Part shown: positions 40,662-50,555 of the stretch, piece after piece
How the letters are laid out: each line of letters begins with the position of its first letter
How positions within the stretch are numbered: the stretch's first letter is position 1
Translations under genes and position numbers: made by a program
Notes under the pieces: generated by a model
What the model was told of the DNA's origin: nothing
Databases searched by the model: none
Seen by the model: the letters and a program-made list of their open reading frames with translations, nothing else
Origin: an uncultured Acidobacteriota bacterium
Lineage (GTDB): Bacteria; Acidobacteriota; Polarisedimenticolia; JACPZX01
DNA length: 59,373 nt
Assembly: GCA_964568735.1 (NCBI GenBank)
Contig: CAZMRF010000008.1
Coordinates: 42,261 to 101,633 of the forward strand
Reading direction: 5' to 3'

Positions 40662-42146
40662 ATGACGATGGGCCGACGCCGTAGGAACGCAGTACCCACC
40701 ACCGTCCTCGCGCTCGTCATCGGCCTCCTGAGCCTCTTTTCGGGAACGGCGGAGGCTCAGAACCGGCGGAAGTCCTGGGAGGTCTTCATCTACTTCGGCG
40801 AGTACGGCGGCCAGAGCGTGCCCTCGGTGATCCAGAAAGGGGTCGTGAGCACCTACCGCCTCGATCCCTCGATCGCGTTCTTCGATCCGAACAACAACGG
40901 CGCGGCCCCCTGCATCCTCTGCAAGAACCTCGGCCAGACGGGGCCCGATCAGCAGTTCATCATCCTCGACCCGAACAATCCCACCGCGGACCCGCTCGGC
41001 GTGGACGTGTGCGTGAATTCGACCGGCGGGGCCCTGCCCATAGCCTTCGATGCCAACAGCCCGTACTACGACGAGTGCGACAACGACATCGAAGCGAAGT
41101 ACCGGTACAACTCCCAGGGGATCGTGACCAACGGAGCGGTGGAAAGGAACGACAGCGAGTTCGTCCTCGGAGCCCGGGCGGGATACAACATCACGAATCA
41201 CTGGGAGGTGGAGCTGGACCTCGGCTTCGCCAAGCAGCGGCTGGACATGACCAGGAATCTCATCCCGCTGCTCCAGCAAGGCGTCAGCAACCCGGCGGAC
41301 CCGTACTTCGCCCAGCAGGCCCAGTTCTTCGAGTTCACGTGGGCGAATCGGGACTTTCTCGACCTCGGGTACGAGCCATTCTTCAACGCGCAGGGCGGCG
41401 TCAACGTCGTGCGAGGCGCGCAGGAGATTCCCAACGTCCCCCACCATCGCTTCTCTGAGAACTCCAGCGCTGACATCCCGGCGGTCCTCCCGATGCCCGC
41501 GATCGATTCGGAGCGGTTCCAGGACGTCACGGACTTCGTCAACAGGATCTTCCTCGATCCCACAGCCTTCAGGAACAGGGCGAACCAAATCAACATCGAC
41601 ATCTTCTCGGTGGGGATCACGGGCGTCTACAATTTCAACACCAGCCCCGACAGCCGGATCATTCCCTACCTCTCCGGGGGGTTCGGCAGGTGGATCCGGC
41701 AGTTCGACACCCCCTACCAGGGCGAGGACACCGACTACCTGACGGTGGGGGGCGGCGTGCGATTCTTCATCAATGAGATCTTCGCGTTCCGGATGGAAGG
41801 GCGGCAGGTTCTCTTCCAGGACGACGAGATGACGATCACCGCGAAGCTGCCCCGCCAGAACCTGGTGGACATGTCCTTCAGGTCCAACAGGTGGCCCGGT
41901 GCGCTCCCTTCGGGCGGCTGCGTACGGGATCAGGATCCCCCCGTGCAGGAGCCGCCCGACGAATGCCAGGGCTCGTATCTCCAGAACTACAACGAGAACA
42001 CGGGCGCTCCTCCCGGATTCCGGGCGATTGCCAGCCTCCCTCCGAACTCGGGGGCCGGGGGCTATGCGAGCGTCGAGTTCATCACCCAGACGGACGACTT
42101 TTGGGAAGCCCGCATCGGCTTCGACGTCCTCCTCGGGGGCCGTTAA
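40662..42146 (+). CDS. Secreted hypothetical protein (signal peptide), possibly an outer-membrane/beta-rich protein
   Basis: Signal peptide MTMGRRRRNAVPTTVLALVIGLLSLFSGTAEA/QN. 494 aa, rich in N/G/F/Y. AAGGAG RBS 10 nt upstream. A long (~180 nt) G-tract-rich leader precedes it. Confidence 0.5.
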   Translation: MTMGRRRRNAVPTTVLALVIGLLSLFSGTAEAQNRRKSWEVFIYFGEYGGQSVPSVIQKGVVSTYRLDPSIAFFDPNNNGAAPCILCKNLGQTGPDQQFIILDPNNPTADPLGVDVCVNSTGGALPIAFDANSPYYDECDNDIEAKYRYNSQGIVTNGAVERNDSEFVLGARAGYNITNHWEVELDLGFAKQRLDMTRNLIPLLQQGVSNPADPYFAQQAQFFEFTWANRDFLDLGYEPFFNAQGGVNVVRGAQEIPNVPHHRFSENSSADIPAVLPMPAIDSERFQDVTDFVNRIFLDPTAFRNRANQINIDIFSVGITGVYNFNTSPDSRIIPYLSGGFGRWIRQFDTPYQGEDTDYLTVGGGVRFFINEIFAFRMEGRQVLFQDDEMTITAKLPRQNLVDMSFRSNRWPGALPSGGCVRDQDPPVQEPPDECQGSYLQNYNENTGAPPGFRAIASLPPNSGAGGYASVEFITQTDDFWEARIGFDVLLGGR

Positions 42147-42420
42147 CCCTCCTTGACAGGGCCTTCCCCAGCGGCATAGAGTACGAGTTCGCTTTGACTT
42201 ACGGGCCTCCCCGCCGGAGCCAGCGGCCGCGTGCCGCGGGCAGGCAGCGGGAGAGTACCGCCACCGGGGCTGCGGCTCCGGAATACGACGCAGGAGGTCA
42301 GCGCGCCAGCCCATGGAGTTGCAGAAGGAAGTTCAGGTCGAGACGCACGCCGGGGGTGAACGCCCCGAGATCGATCCGGCAGCAGCGAAGGGGGGAAGAT
42401 CCCCCGCGGCTGCAGCGGAC

Positions 42421-44166
42421 ATGTCCCGCGACGACTACGAGAAGCTCCTCGACATGTACGACGTGAGCTTCCGCAGCCTGGCCGAGGGCCAGGTCGTCAA
42501 GGGGAGGATCCTCAAGGTCCTCCCGAACGAAGTCATCGTGGACGTCGGCTACAAGTCCGAAGGGATCATCCAGATCCAGGAGTTCACCGACCCCGACGGA
42601 ACCGTCCGGGTCTCCGAGGGAGACGAGGTCGATGTCCTCCTCGAGAAGCACGAGAACCGGGAAGGCTACGTCGTGCTCTCCAAGGAGAAGGCGGAGAAGG
42701 TCCGCGTCTGGGAGACGGTGGAAGCGGCCTTCAACAGCGGCTCCATCGTGAAGGGCCGGGTCATCGAGCGCATCAAGGGAGGGCTGGCCGTTGACATCGG
42801 CGTCCGCGCTTTCCTTCCCGGATCGCTCGTGGACGTCCGCCCTGTGCGGAACCTGGATTCGATGCGCGGCAAGGAGATTCGTGCCCGCGTCATCAAGGTG
42901 AACCGGCGCCGGGGCAACATCGTCCTCTCCAGGAAGGCCGTGCTCGAGGAGGAGAACCAGGAAAAGAAGAAGAAGACGCTGGAGATCCTCGAGGAAGGCA
43001 AGCGCATCAAGGGAGTCGTGAAGAACATCACCGGCTACGGCGCCTTCCTGGACCTGGGAGGCATCGACGGCCTCCTCCACATCACGGACATGTCGTGGGG
43101 TCGCATCAACCACCCCTCGGAAGTCTTCTCCGTCGGAGACGAGGTCGAGGTCATCGTCCTGAAGTTCGACCGGGAGACGGAACGGGTTTCCCTCGGCTAC
43201 AAGCAGCTCAAGGCCGATCCCTGGGAGCAGGTCGGGGAGAGGTACTCGGCAGGCTCGCGCGTCAAGGGCAAGGTGGTCAGCCTCACCGACTACGGCGCCT
43301 TCGTCGAGCTGGAGGAGGGAGTCGAGGGACTCGTCCATGTCTCCGAGATGTCCTGGACCAAGAAGGTCAAGCACCCTTCCAAGGTCCTGACGGTCGGCAG
43401 CCTGATCGAGGCCGCTGTTCTCGACGTCGACCTGAGGCAGCGCCGGCTCAGCCTGGGCCTCAAGCAGATCGAGCCGAACCCCTGGGACATGATCGCCCAG
43501 AAGTACGAGGTGAACTCGAAGATCACGGGGAAGGTCCGCAACCTCACCGACTTCGGCGCCTTCGTCGAAGTGGAGGAGGGAGTCGACGGACTGATCCACA
43601 TCTCGGACCTGTCATGGACGAAGCGAGTCAAGCATCCCTCCGAAATCCTCAAGAAGGGTGACGAGGTCGAGGCGATCATCTTGAAGATCGACGCCGAGAA
43701 CCAGCGGCTTTCCCTGGGACTGAAGCAGCTCCAGCCCAACGTCTGGGACGAGTTCTTCGACAGGCACGTGGTGGGCGACATGGTCCACGGGAAGATCTCC
43801 CGCATGGCCGACTTCGGAGTCTTCGTGGAGATTGCCGAGGGTGTGGAAGGCCTCGTCCACGTCTCCGAGCTCGCCGATGAGCGAGTCGAGCATCCCAAGG
43901 ACAGGTTCAACGAGGGCGACGAGGTCCGGGCGAAGATCATCAAGATGGACACTCTCGAGAGGAAGGTGGGCCTCAGCATCAAGGCGGCAGCGGCCGACGA
44001 GGAGCGCTCCAGCCTCAGCAGCTACATGGACTCATCGAGCGACGGTTCCGTGCGGCTCGGTGACGTCGCGGGATTCCCGACGGCCTCCGTGGCCTCCTCC
44101 GACCCCGAGGACGGAGGTGCCATCGAGGCGGAGCCCGGTGACGGGCCGCCTCGGGAGGAGGACTGA
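42421..44166 (+). CDS. rpsA: 30S ribosomal protein S1 (six S1 domains). The ORF can extend to 42313.
   Basis: Repeated S1 domains (GQVVKGRILKV..., GSIVKGRVIERIKGGLAVDIG, GKRIKGVVKNITGYGAFLDLGGIDGLLHITDMSW, and so on). ~581 aa from MSRDDYEKLL. Confidence 0.92.
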   Translation: MSRDDYEKLLDMYDVSFRSLAEGQVVKGRILKVLPNEVIVDVGYKSEGIIQIQEFTDPDGTVRVSEGDEVDVLLEKHENREGYVVLSKEKAEKVRVWETVEAAFNSGSIVKGRVIERIKGGLAVDIGVRAFLPGSLVDVRPVRNLDSMRGKEIRARVIKVNRRRGNIVLSRKAVLEEENQEKKKKTLEILEEGKRIKGVVKNITGYGAFLDLGGIDGLLHITDMSWGRINHPSEVFSVGDEVEVIVLKFDRETERVSLGYKQLKADPWEQVGERYSAGSRVKGKVVSLTDYGAFVELEEGVEGLVHVSEMSWTKKVKHPSKVLTVGSLIEAAVLDVDLRQRRLSLGLKQIEPNPWDMIAQKYEVNSKITGKVRNLTDFGAFVEVEEGVDGLIHISDLSWTKRVKHPSEILKKGDEVEAIILKIDAENQRLSLGLKQLQPNVWDEFFDRHVVGDMVHGKISRMADFGVFVEIAEGVEGLVHVSELADERVEHPKDRFNEGDEVRAKIIKMDTLERKVGLSIKAAAADEERSSLSSYMDSSSDGSVRLGDVAGFPTASVASSDPEDGGAIEAEPGDGPPREED

Positions 44167-44177
44167 TCGGAGAAGCC

Positions 44178-44471
44178 ATGACCAAGGCTGAGCTGGTTGA
44201 GGAAGTTTCCAGGATCTCCGAGCTCACCAAGAAGCACTCCGAAGTGATCGTGAACACGGTCTTCCAGTCCATCGTCGATGCGCTTCACAAGGACGAGAAG
44301 ATCGAGCTCAGGGGTTTCGGCTCCTTCCGCATACGTCAGCGGCGATCGCGCCAGGGGAGGAACCCGAAGACGGGGGCCAGGGTGCACGTCCCCGCCAAGA
44401 AGATCCCCTACTTCAAGCCCGGCAAGGAGCTCAAGGAGCTGATCAACCGCTCCCCCCAGCCGCAGCAGTAG
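44178..44471 (+). CDS. ihfB: Integration host factor subunit beta
   Basis: MTKAELVEEVS...KIELRGFGSFRIRQRRSRQGRNPKTGARVHVPAKKIPYFKPGKELKE; conserved rpsA-ihfB linkage. Confidence 0.88.
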   Translation: MTKAELVEEVSRISELTKKHSEVIVNTVFQSIVDALHKDEKIELRGFGSFRIRQRRSRQGRNPKTGARVHVPAKKIPYFKPGKELKELINRSPQPQQ

Positions 44472-44981
44472 ATGGACGCTCTCTTCTCTCCCTGGAGGTT
44501 CTCCTACCTGGTCCAGGCAAAATCGGAGAGCGGCTGCGTGTTCTGCAAAGCCCTCCTGAGCGACGACTCGGGGACCGAGGACAACCTCGTCGTCTACAGG
44601 GCCGTCCACAACTTCGTCATCCTCAATCTCTACCCCTACAACAACGGCCACCTGATGATCGTCCCCAGGGCCCACCTCGCCGCCCCCTCGGCCTCCAGCC
44701 CGGCGCAGAGGGCGGAGATGGCCGAGCTCGCGGTCGTGGGAGAGAGCGTCCTCAGGGAGGCCTATAACCCCGACGGTTTCAACGTCGGGATGAACCTCGG
44801 CCGCGCCGCGGGGGCAGGGATCGAGGAGCACTTCCATCTCCATGTCGTCCCCCGCTGGTCGGGCGATACGAATTTCATGACGGTCATGGCCGGGACGCGC
44901 GTCATCCCCGAAGATCTCAGGAAGACCCGCGACAGGCTCCGAAGCGCATTCGTGGCGCGCCTCGGGGACGGCCCCTCTTGA
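44472..44981 (+). CDS. HIT-family hydrolase (GalT/Ap4A-like HIT domain)
   Basis: Histidine triad [10 protein letters not shown]; 169 aa. Confidence 0.75.
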   Translation: MDALFSPWRFSYLVQAKSESGCVFCKALLSDDSGTEDNLVVYRAVHNFVILNLYPYNNGHLMIVPRAHLAAPSASSPAQRAEMAELAVVGESVLREAYNPDGFNVGMNLGRAAGAGIEEHFHLHVVPRWSGDTNFMTVMAGTRVIPEDLRKTRDRLRSAFVARLGDGPS

Positions 44982-46315
44982 CCTCGCCCCCAGGCCCGCC
45001 TGCGGTGACCTCCAGGTATCTCATTGAGACCTGGGGCTGCCAGATGAATCAGCACGACTCGGAGCGCATGGCGGGGCTGCTCTCTGCGCAGGGGATGACC
45101 CCCGCGCGCCGAGCGGCCGATGCCGACGTCATTCTCCTGAATACCTGCGCCGTCAGGGAGAAGGCCTCCGAGAAGGTCTTCTCCCGCCTCGGGTGGCTGG
45201 GGCGCCTCAAGAACGCACGGCCGGATCTCGTCATCGGCGTCTGCGGATGCGTGGCTCAGATGGAGCAGGCGGCCATCTTCAAGCGGGCGCCGCACGTGGA
45301 CATCGTCATGGGGCCTCGCCAGCTCGCGAGCCTTCCGGCGCTCGTCGGGCAGGCCCGTGAGCGGCGCCACCAGCTCGCGGTGCTCGACCCCAGGGACAGG
45401 CTGCTGCCCGAGGAGGCTCCTGCCCTGCGCAGCTCGAGGGCGAAGGCCTACATCACGGTCATGGAGGGGTGCAACAAGGGATGCACCTTCTGCATCGTCC
45501 CCGCCACCCGGGGGCGCGAGTCGTGCCGGCCGTCAGACATGATCCTCGCCGAAGCGAGCGCCGCGGTGGAGGCCGGTTACCTCGAGATAGAGCTGCTCGG
45601 ACAGAACGTGAACGCATGGCGCAGCGACGGCTGGGATTTCACGCGGCTCCTTTCCGCCGTCAGCCGGATCCCCGGGCTGAAAAGGCTCCGATTCACGACC
45701 TCCCATCCGCTCCACTTCAAGAACACCATCCCGGATCTCATGGCGGCACGACCGGTGCTCTGCCCCCACGTGCACCTGCCCTTCCAGTCGGGCTCCGACG
45801 CGGTGCTCGCCCGGATGCGCCGTGGCTACACCGCGTCCCAGTTTCTCTCGCGCCTTGCCTATGCCCGCTCCCGCGTACCCGGGCTCTCATTCTCCACCGA
45901 CGTCATCGTGGGCTTCCCCGACGAGACGGAGGGAGATTTCCTCTCAACGCTTGCCATCGTCGAGCAGGCCAGGTTCCATCAGCTCTTTGCCTTCACCTAT
46001 TCCGCGCGGCGTGGGACGCCCGCTGCCGCGCTGGACGACGGCGTGCCGGCCGACGTGAAGAGCGAGAGGCTCCAGCGTCTGATCGGGGCACAGCTCGCCA
46101 TCCAGGCGGAGATCTACCAGCGCTACGTGGGGAGGGTCGAAGAGATCCTCGTCGAAGGTCCCAGCATCAGGGACCCTCGATGGCTCGCAGGGAGAACGGC
46201 AACGAACAAGGTCGTGAACTTCCCGGGATCGGCCGGACTCACGGGATCCATGGCCGCCGTGCGCATCACCGGGGCCGGCTCCACGAGTCTGCGTGGCGAG
46301 CTGCAGAACCCCTGA
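44978..46315 (+). CDS. miaB: tRNA-2-methylthio-N6-dimethylallyladenosine synthase (radical SAM). A GTG at 45005 is an alternative start.
   Basis: [16 protein letters not shown] (UPF0004 domain), radical-SAM [12 protein letters not shown]-terminal TRAM domain. Confidence 0.9.
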   Translation: MTSPPGPPAVTSRYLIETWGCQMNQHDSERMAGLLSAQGMTPARRAADADVILLNTCAVREKASEKVFSRLGWLGRLKNARPDLVIGVCGCVAQMEQAAIFKRAPHVDIVMGPRQLASLPALVGQARERRHQLAVLDPRDRLLPEEAPALRSSRAKAYITVMEGCNKGCTFCIVPATRGRESCRPSDMILAEASAAVEAGYLEIELLGQNVNAWRSDGWDFTRLLSAVSRIPGLKRLRFTTSHPLHFKNTIPDLMAARPVLCPHVHLPFQSGSDAVLARMRRGYTASQFLSRLAYARSRVPGLSFSTDVIVGFPDETEGDFLSTLAIVEQARFHQLFAFTYSARRGTPAAALDDGVPADVKSERLQRLIGAQLAIQAEIYQRYVGRVEEILVEGPSIRDPRWLAGRTATNKVVNFPGSAGLTGSMAAVRITGAGSTSLRGELQNP

Positions 46316-46320
46316 ATCGC

Positions 46321-46349
46321 GCGTCCTCCCTTGACTTCACCGGGGGGGG
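46321..46349 (+). promoter_or_regulatory. Candidate sigma-70 promoter (TTGACT-17-TATAAC) with a G11 homopolymer filling the spacer
   Basis: TTGACT at 46321-46326; eleven G at 46332-46342; TATAAC at 46344-46349; 47 nt upstream of the BFN gene start. Confidence 0.35.
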
Positions 46350-46395
46350 GGGATATAACTCGGGTCGGAAGCATCCGGCTCGGAGGCGTGCGGTC

Positions 46396-46881
46396 ATGAC
46401 GATCGAGATGAAGATCAAGGGGCTCATGATCGACCCCGTGACGAACATGCCGATCATCATGCTCCGCGACCCCGGCAGCGAGGCCGTGCTGCCCATCTGG
46501 GTAGGGCTCTACGAGGCCAACGCCATCGCGCTGCAGCTCGAGAACATCTCCACGCCCCGCCCGATGACGCATGATCTCCTCAAGAACCTCCTGACGCAGC
46601 TCCATGCCCGTGTCGAGAAGATCGTGATCACGGAGCTGAAAGAGAACACCTTCTACGCCCTGATTCATCTGGAGGCGGAGGGGAAGAACCTGACGATCGA
46701 CTCGCGGCCGAGCGATGCGATCGCACTCGCGCTGAGGGTGGGCGCCCCCATCTTCGTCGAAGAGGACGTCATCAGCCGGGCCAGAAGCGTGGACATGACG
46801 AAGGATGTCGGCGATTCGGACCGTCTCCGGCAATGGCTCGAGAAGCTGGATCCCGATGAGCTCGGGAAGTACGAGATGTAG
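46396..46881 (+). CDS. Bifunctional nuclease (BFN/DUF151) domain protein
   Basis: 161 aa; MIDPVTNMPIIMLRDPGSEAVLPIWVGLYEANAIALQLE...SRPSDAIALALRVGAPIFVEEDV, typical of the BFN domain. Confidence 0.7.
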   Translation: MTIEMKIKGLMIDPVTNMPIIMLRDPGSEAVLPIWVGLYEANAIALQLENISTPRPMTHDLLKNLLTQLHARVEKIVITELKENTFYALIHLEAEGKNLTIDSRPSDAIALALRVGAPIFVEEDVISRARSVDMTKDVGDSDRLRQWLEKLDPDELGKYEM

Positions 46882-47054
46882 CTGATCCCGCCGGCCTGCG
46901 GTCGCCGGGTGGCCTCCATCCCGTGACAGTCTGACCTGCACTCGGGGGGGAGCAGGCACCTGCCTTTTAATTATCAGAGTCTAAAGCACTTATACCCTCA
47001 AAGGTCGGGCTCTCGGTACCGGGCGCCGGCCGACACGACACCGGACTCCCCGAA

Positions 47055-47876
47055 ATGCGGCCCGTCTTCTCTTCCGCCCTCCCTTCGCGCTCGAATGGAA
47101 ATCCAGCGGGGCGTCTCAAGTTGATCGTCTCCATCACGAACCAGAAGGGTGGAGTCGGCAAGACCACCACGGCCATCAACCTGAGCGCCGCTATCGCGGA
47201 GAAGGGACTCAAGACCCTCCTCGTCGATCTCGATCCCCAGGCCAACGCCACGCTTTCCTATCTCGAGCGTTCCAAGGTGGGGCGCACCGTTTACGACGCC
47301 CTGACGGATCCCGAGATCACTTTCCGGGATGTCATCGTCCGCACCTCGATCCTCCACCTGGACATCGCCCCCTCGAGCATCGGCCTCGCCAAGCTCGAGA
47401 GCCGCCTCGTGGGCGAGCTGGATGGGCATTTCAGGCTGAAGGACAAGCTGCAGTCGGTCATCGCGGACTACGACTACATCGTGCTCGACACGCCTCCAAC
47501 GCTCGGGCTGCTGACCGTGAACGCGCTGGTCGCATCGACCCACCTTCTGATACCGATCCAGAGCTCCTACTTCTCCCTGGAGGGGACGGATGATCTCCTG
47601 GAAACCGTCGACAAGATCAAGGCCAGACCGAACCCGGATCTCCAGATCCTGGGGGTCGTGATCACCCTTCACGACAAGCGGACGGTTCTGGCCAGAGACA
47701 TCCGCAAGCAGATCCACGAGGTTTTCGGAAACAAGGTCTTCAAGACGATCATCTCGAAGAACATCCGTCTCGAAGAGAGCCCTGCCTACAAGGAGTCGAT
47801 CTTCACGTTCGCCCCCGAGTCCAGCGGTGCTCTCGACTATTACCGATTGAGTGAGGAGGTCATCAGCCGTGTCTAA
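47055..47876 (+). CDS. parA: Chromosome-partitioning ATPase ParA/Soj (start uncertain; a TTG near 47121 is possible)
   Basis: Deviant Walker A NQKGGVGKTTTAINLSAAIAEKG, plus DLDPQANAT and VLDTPPTLG. Confidence 0.9.
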   Translation: MRPVFSSALPSRSNGNPAGRLKLIVSITNQKGGVGKTTTAINLSAAIAEKGLKTLLVDLDPQANATLSYLERSKVGRTVYDALTDPEITFRDVIVRTSILHLDIAPSSIGLAKLESRLVGELDGHFRLKDKLQSVIADYDYIVLDTPPTLGLLTVNALVASTHLLIPIQSSYFSLEGTDDLLETVDKIKARPNPDLQILGVVITLHDKRTVLARDIRKQIHEVFGNKVFKTIISKNIRLEESPAYKESIFTFAPESSGALDYYRLSEEVISRV

Positions 47877-48735
47877 GAGCCGGGGGCTTCCCGAAAACGT
47901 GAGGATGCGCCACGATACCCACTTCGTCGATCAGTTGATCACGCCGCAGGCGCACACCGTCGGGCGCATGATCGATCTCTCCCAGCTCGATCCGAATCCT
48001 CTCCAGCCGCGCCGGATCATCGGGCCCATCGATGACCTCGTGGCCTCGATCAAGGAGAAGGGGATCCTCGAGCCGATCCTCGTGAGGCCCCTGGACGGAC
48101 GCTTCCAGATCATCGCTGGAGAGCGGCGTTACCAGGCCGCGCGGGCAGCAGGGCTCACCGTCGTCCCCTGCATCGAGATCGACGTCGACGAAAGGGGAGT
48201 CGTCGAGATATCCCTCATCGAGAACCTCCAGCGGCGGGACCTGGATCCCTTCGAGGAAGGCGACGCGCTCCTGGATCTCTGCGAGCGTTTCGAGTACACG
48301 CATGACAAGATTGCCCGGAAGCTCGCGAAGTCGAGGACCTCGATCACCGAGATGCTGAGCATCGCGAGAATCCCTGATGTAGTGCGTGAGGTCTGTCGGC
48401 GCGCCGACATCTCAAGTAAGTCTTTACTCATCGAGATCGCGCGGCAGCCGACCGAGGAAGCGATGATCGGCTTCGTTCACCGGGTCGCGGAGGACAGGCT
48501 GTCGCGCGACGACGCGAGGAGGCTTAGGGCCGTGCCTCCTCCCTCAGACACGGCGGATGAGAATCCGACGACCGAAGGCGCGCGCCGCGGCTTCGTCCTG
48601 AAGCTGAAGTTCGACTCGGTCCCCGGGAGCGTCAGCCTCAGGTTCAACAACCCCGAGGTCGGAAAGGCCGAGATCCTCGGCGCCCTCCGTGAGCTCATCC
48701 ACAAGATCGAGCACTCGAAAGAAATCTCGACTTGA
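47869..48735 (+). CDS. parB: Chromosome-partitioning protein ParB/Spo0J (GTG start overlapping the parA stop)
   Basis: ParB box LEPILVRP...QIIAGERRYQAARAAGL; HTH region ITEMLSIARIPDVV. Confidence 0.85.
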   Translation: MSKSRGLPENVRMRHDTHFVDQLITPQAHTVGRMIDLSQLDPNPLQPRRIIGPIDDLVASIKEKGILEPILVRPLDGRFQIIAGERRYQAARAAGLTVVPCIEIDVDERGVVEISLIENLQRRDLDPFEEGDALLDLCERFEYTHDKIARKLAKSRTSITEMLSIARIPDVVREVCRRADISSKSLLIEIARQPTEEAMIGFVHRVAEDRLSRDDARRLRAVPPPSDTADENPTTEGARRGFVLKLKFDSVPGSVSLRFNNPEVGKAEILGALRELIHKIEHSKEIST

Positions 48736-48809
48736 TCTCGTGGTCGACCCGCAACCCCGCCGAGCCCGCCTCGAAGAGGAGCCCGGCCGCGTCATCTGAC
48801 CCTTGGCGC

Positions 48810-50297
48810 TCAGCGCTCCTCGTTGTCGCGGACCAGCGGAACAGTCTGGTCGCCCACTCGAAGGTCGATCCTCGAAACCGCGTCGCCCGGGGTAACGACG
48901 AAGGTCAGGAGGTAGTCGGCGGCCTTGAGAAAGAAGCGGTCCTGGCTCAAGGGGAACAGCTCGAAGAGCCCGCCGCGTGACGGCTGCCACCAGAGACGGC
49001 CGTCCTGTATCGCAATCCTCACCCTCCGGCCGCCGGGCGTTCGATAGGCACCCTCGTAGCGATCCAGTACCGAGCCGTCCACCTGCACGGCGAGCAGGGG
49101 CGTTGGCTTCACATTTGCCTCCCATCGCCCCACCGCTGCTTCCGAAACCGCCGGACACGAAAGCGCTTCTCGAACGAAGGCGCGCAGGAACGCACACGCG
49201 AGGACATTTCCCTCGACCCCCTCCGTCCGGTAGAAGGGTGCGCTCAGCCCGTCGGCGTTCGCCATCGCGACGAGCGCTATGCGGGAGCCCGGGGCGACGA
49301 GCACCAGGGAAGAGTAGCTATCAGGCCAGTAGCCGTGGTGCCAGATCAGGCGCTCGCCTTCGTAGTCTTCCACGAACCACCCGAGCGCGTAGGGAAGACG
49401 GCTGCCATCGGAGCGAACGTTCGGAGCCCACATCACGGCCCGCGTGGCGTCGCCGAGCAGACGGCGCCCGGTCGAGGCGTTCACGAAGCGTGCGTAGTCG
49501 AGCACCGTCGAGATGACGTTTGCGGCGGCGTCGAGCTCGGGCGGCGGGGGCAACGCTGGAACGATCTCAGTCCCGCCGAAGACCCGGTACGGCCTGGCGA
49601 GCTGATCCGCGAGGGCGGCGTATCGGATGCGGTCGCTCACGGCGACGAAGCGTTCAGCCTGGCTGCCGGAGTCCAGCACGTCGAGGCCAGGAACGGTGCG
49701 CTTCATGCGGACGGGATCGAGGAGCCGGGTCTTGAGAAGGTGGCGGAAGCTCCATCCCGTCCTGGCCTCGAGGACGCGGCCCAAGGTTGCAAATACGTCT
49801 CCGTTGTACGAGTACGCGCTCCCCGGCGGGTCACTCTCCGCGGTCATCGTCAGGACATGACGGATGGTTGCCTCCGGCCGAGCGACCCCCGGGGCGTAGG
49901 CGCTGATGGGATCGTCCAGCGAGAGCTCGCCGCGCTCGACCATCTGCATGATCAAGACGGCTGTCATCGGCTTCGTCAGGGAGGCGATATTGAACGGCGT
50001 GTCAGGGGTGACCGGGAGCCGGCGCTCGACGTCCGCAAACCCATAGCCCTTCGCCCAGATCACGCGATCGTGGTCGATCACGGTGACCGCAAGGCCGGGA
50101 AGCCGCAGGCGCGCCATGGCCTCCGAGCATGCCTGGTCGAAACGGGCGAGACGGGTTGCGCCAGGAGGCGGCGTCGGCGTGGCGCTCTTCGGGTGTGGCG
50201 TACAGGTGGTGAGTGCGAATGCGGCGACCATGAGCAGGCGTCGAGGCACGAGTCTTCCGACCTCCGCTGGCAAGGAGCTGGATGCCGGGTGGGCCAC
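48810..50297 (-). CDS. Serine hydrolase, beta-lactamase/PBP-like family (class C-like) with C-terminal extension; probable lipoprotein. An internal ATG near 50231 is an alternative start.
   Basis: SxxK motif FNIASLTKPMTAVLI; YSYNGD (YxN-like); N-terminal RRLLMVAAFALTTC signal/lipobox-like. 495 aa. Confidence 0.75.
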   Translation of the reverse strand: MAHPASSSLPAEVGRLVPRRLLMVAAFALTTCTPHPKSATPTPPPGATRLARFDQACSEAMARLRLPGLAVTVIDHDRVIWAKGYGFADVERRLPVTPDTPFNIASLTKPMTAVLIMQMVERGELSLDDPISAYAPGVARPEATIRHVLTMTAESDPPGSAYSYNGDVFATLGRVLEARTGWSFRHLLKTRLLDPVRMKRTVPGLDVLDSGSQAERFVAVSDRIRYAALADQLARPYRVFGGTEIVPALPPPPELDAAANVISTVLDYARFVNASTGRRLLGDATRAVMWAPNVRSDGSRLPYALGWFVEDYEGERLIWHHGYWPDSYSSLVLVAPGSRIALVAMANADGLSAPFYRTEGVEGNVLACAFLRAFVREALSCPAVSEAAVGRWEANVKPTPLLAVQVDGSVLDRYEGAYRTPGGRRVRIAIQDGRLWWQPSRGGLFELFPLSQDRFFLKAADYLLTFVVTPGDAVSRIDLRVGDQTVPLVRDNEER

Positions 50298-50555
50298 CGA
50301 GAGTCGCGCCCTGCATAAAGTTTACATAAGATACATTATCGGCGGTCTGGGGATGGCGCCTCCTGGCCCGGGACTCCCGACGCGGCGCACGTCCCGCTGC
50401 CCAGGCCGCCTTTTCCGTCCATCCTGTCGCCTCCCGCTTCCAGCTCGACATCCGGGGCCTCGTCTTCCGATCGCCCCTCGCAACCCCACGGGCATGTGGT
50501 CTAGCATCCGGCGCGGCCTGACGCCCGATCCCGGACGCCGCCGCGGCACCCTGCC

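Noticed and set aside
48736-48809. Possible rho-independent terminator between the convergent parB and serine hydrolase genes (short GTCGAC-containing hairpin)
   Set aside because: The stem is only ~5 bp with an 11-nt loop and has no T-tract; too weak to call.
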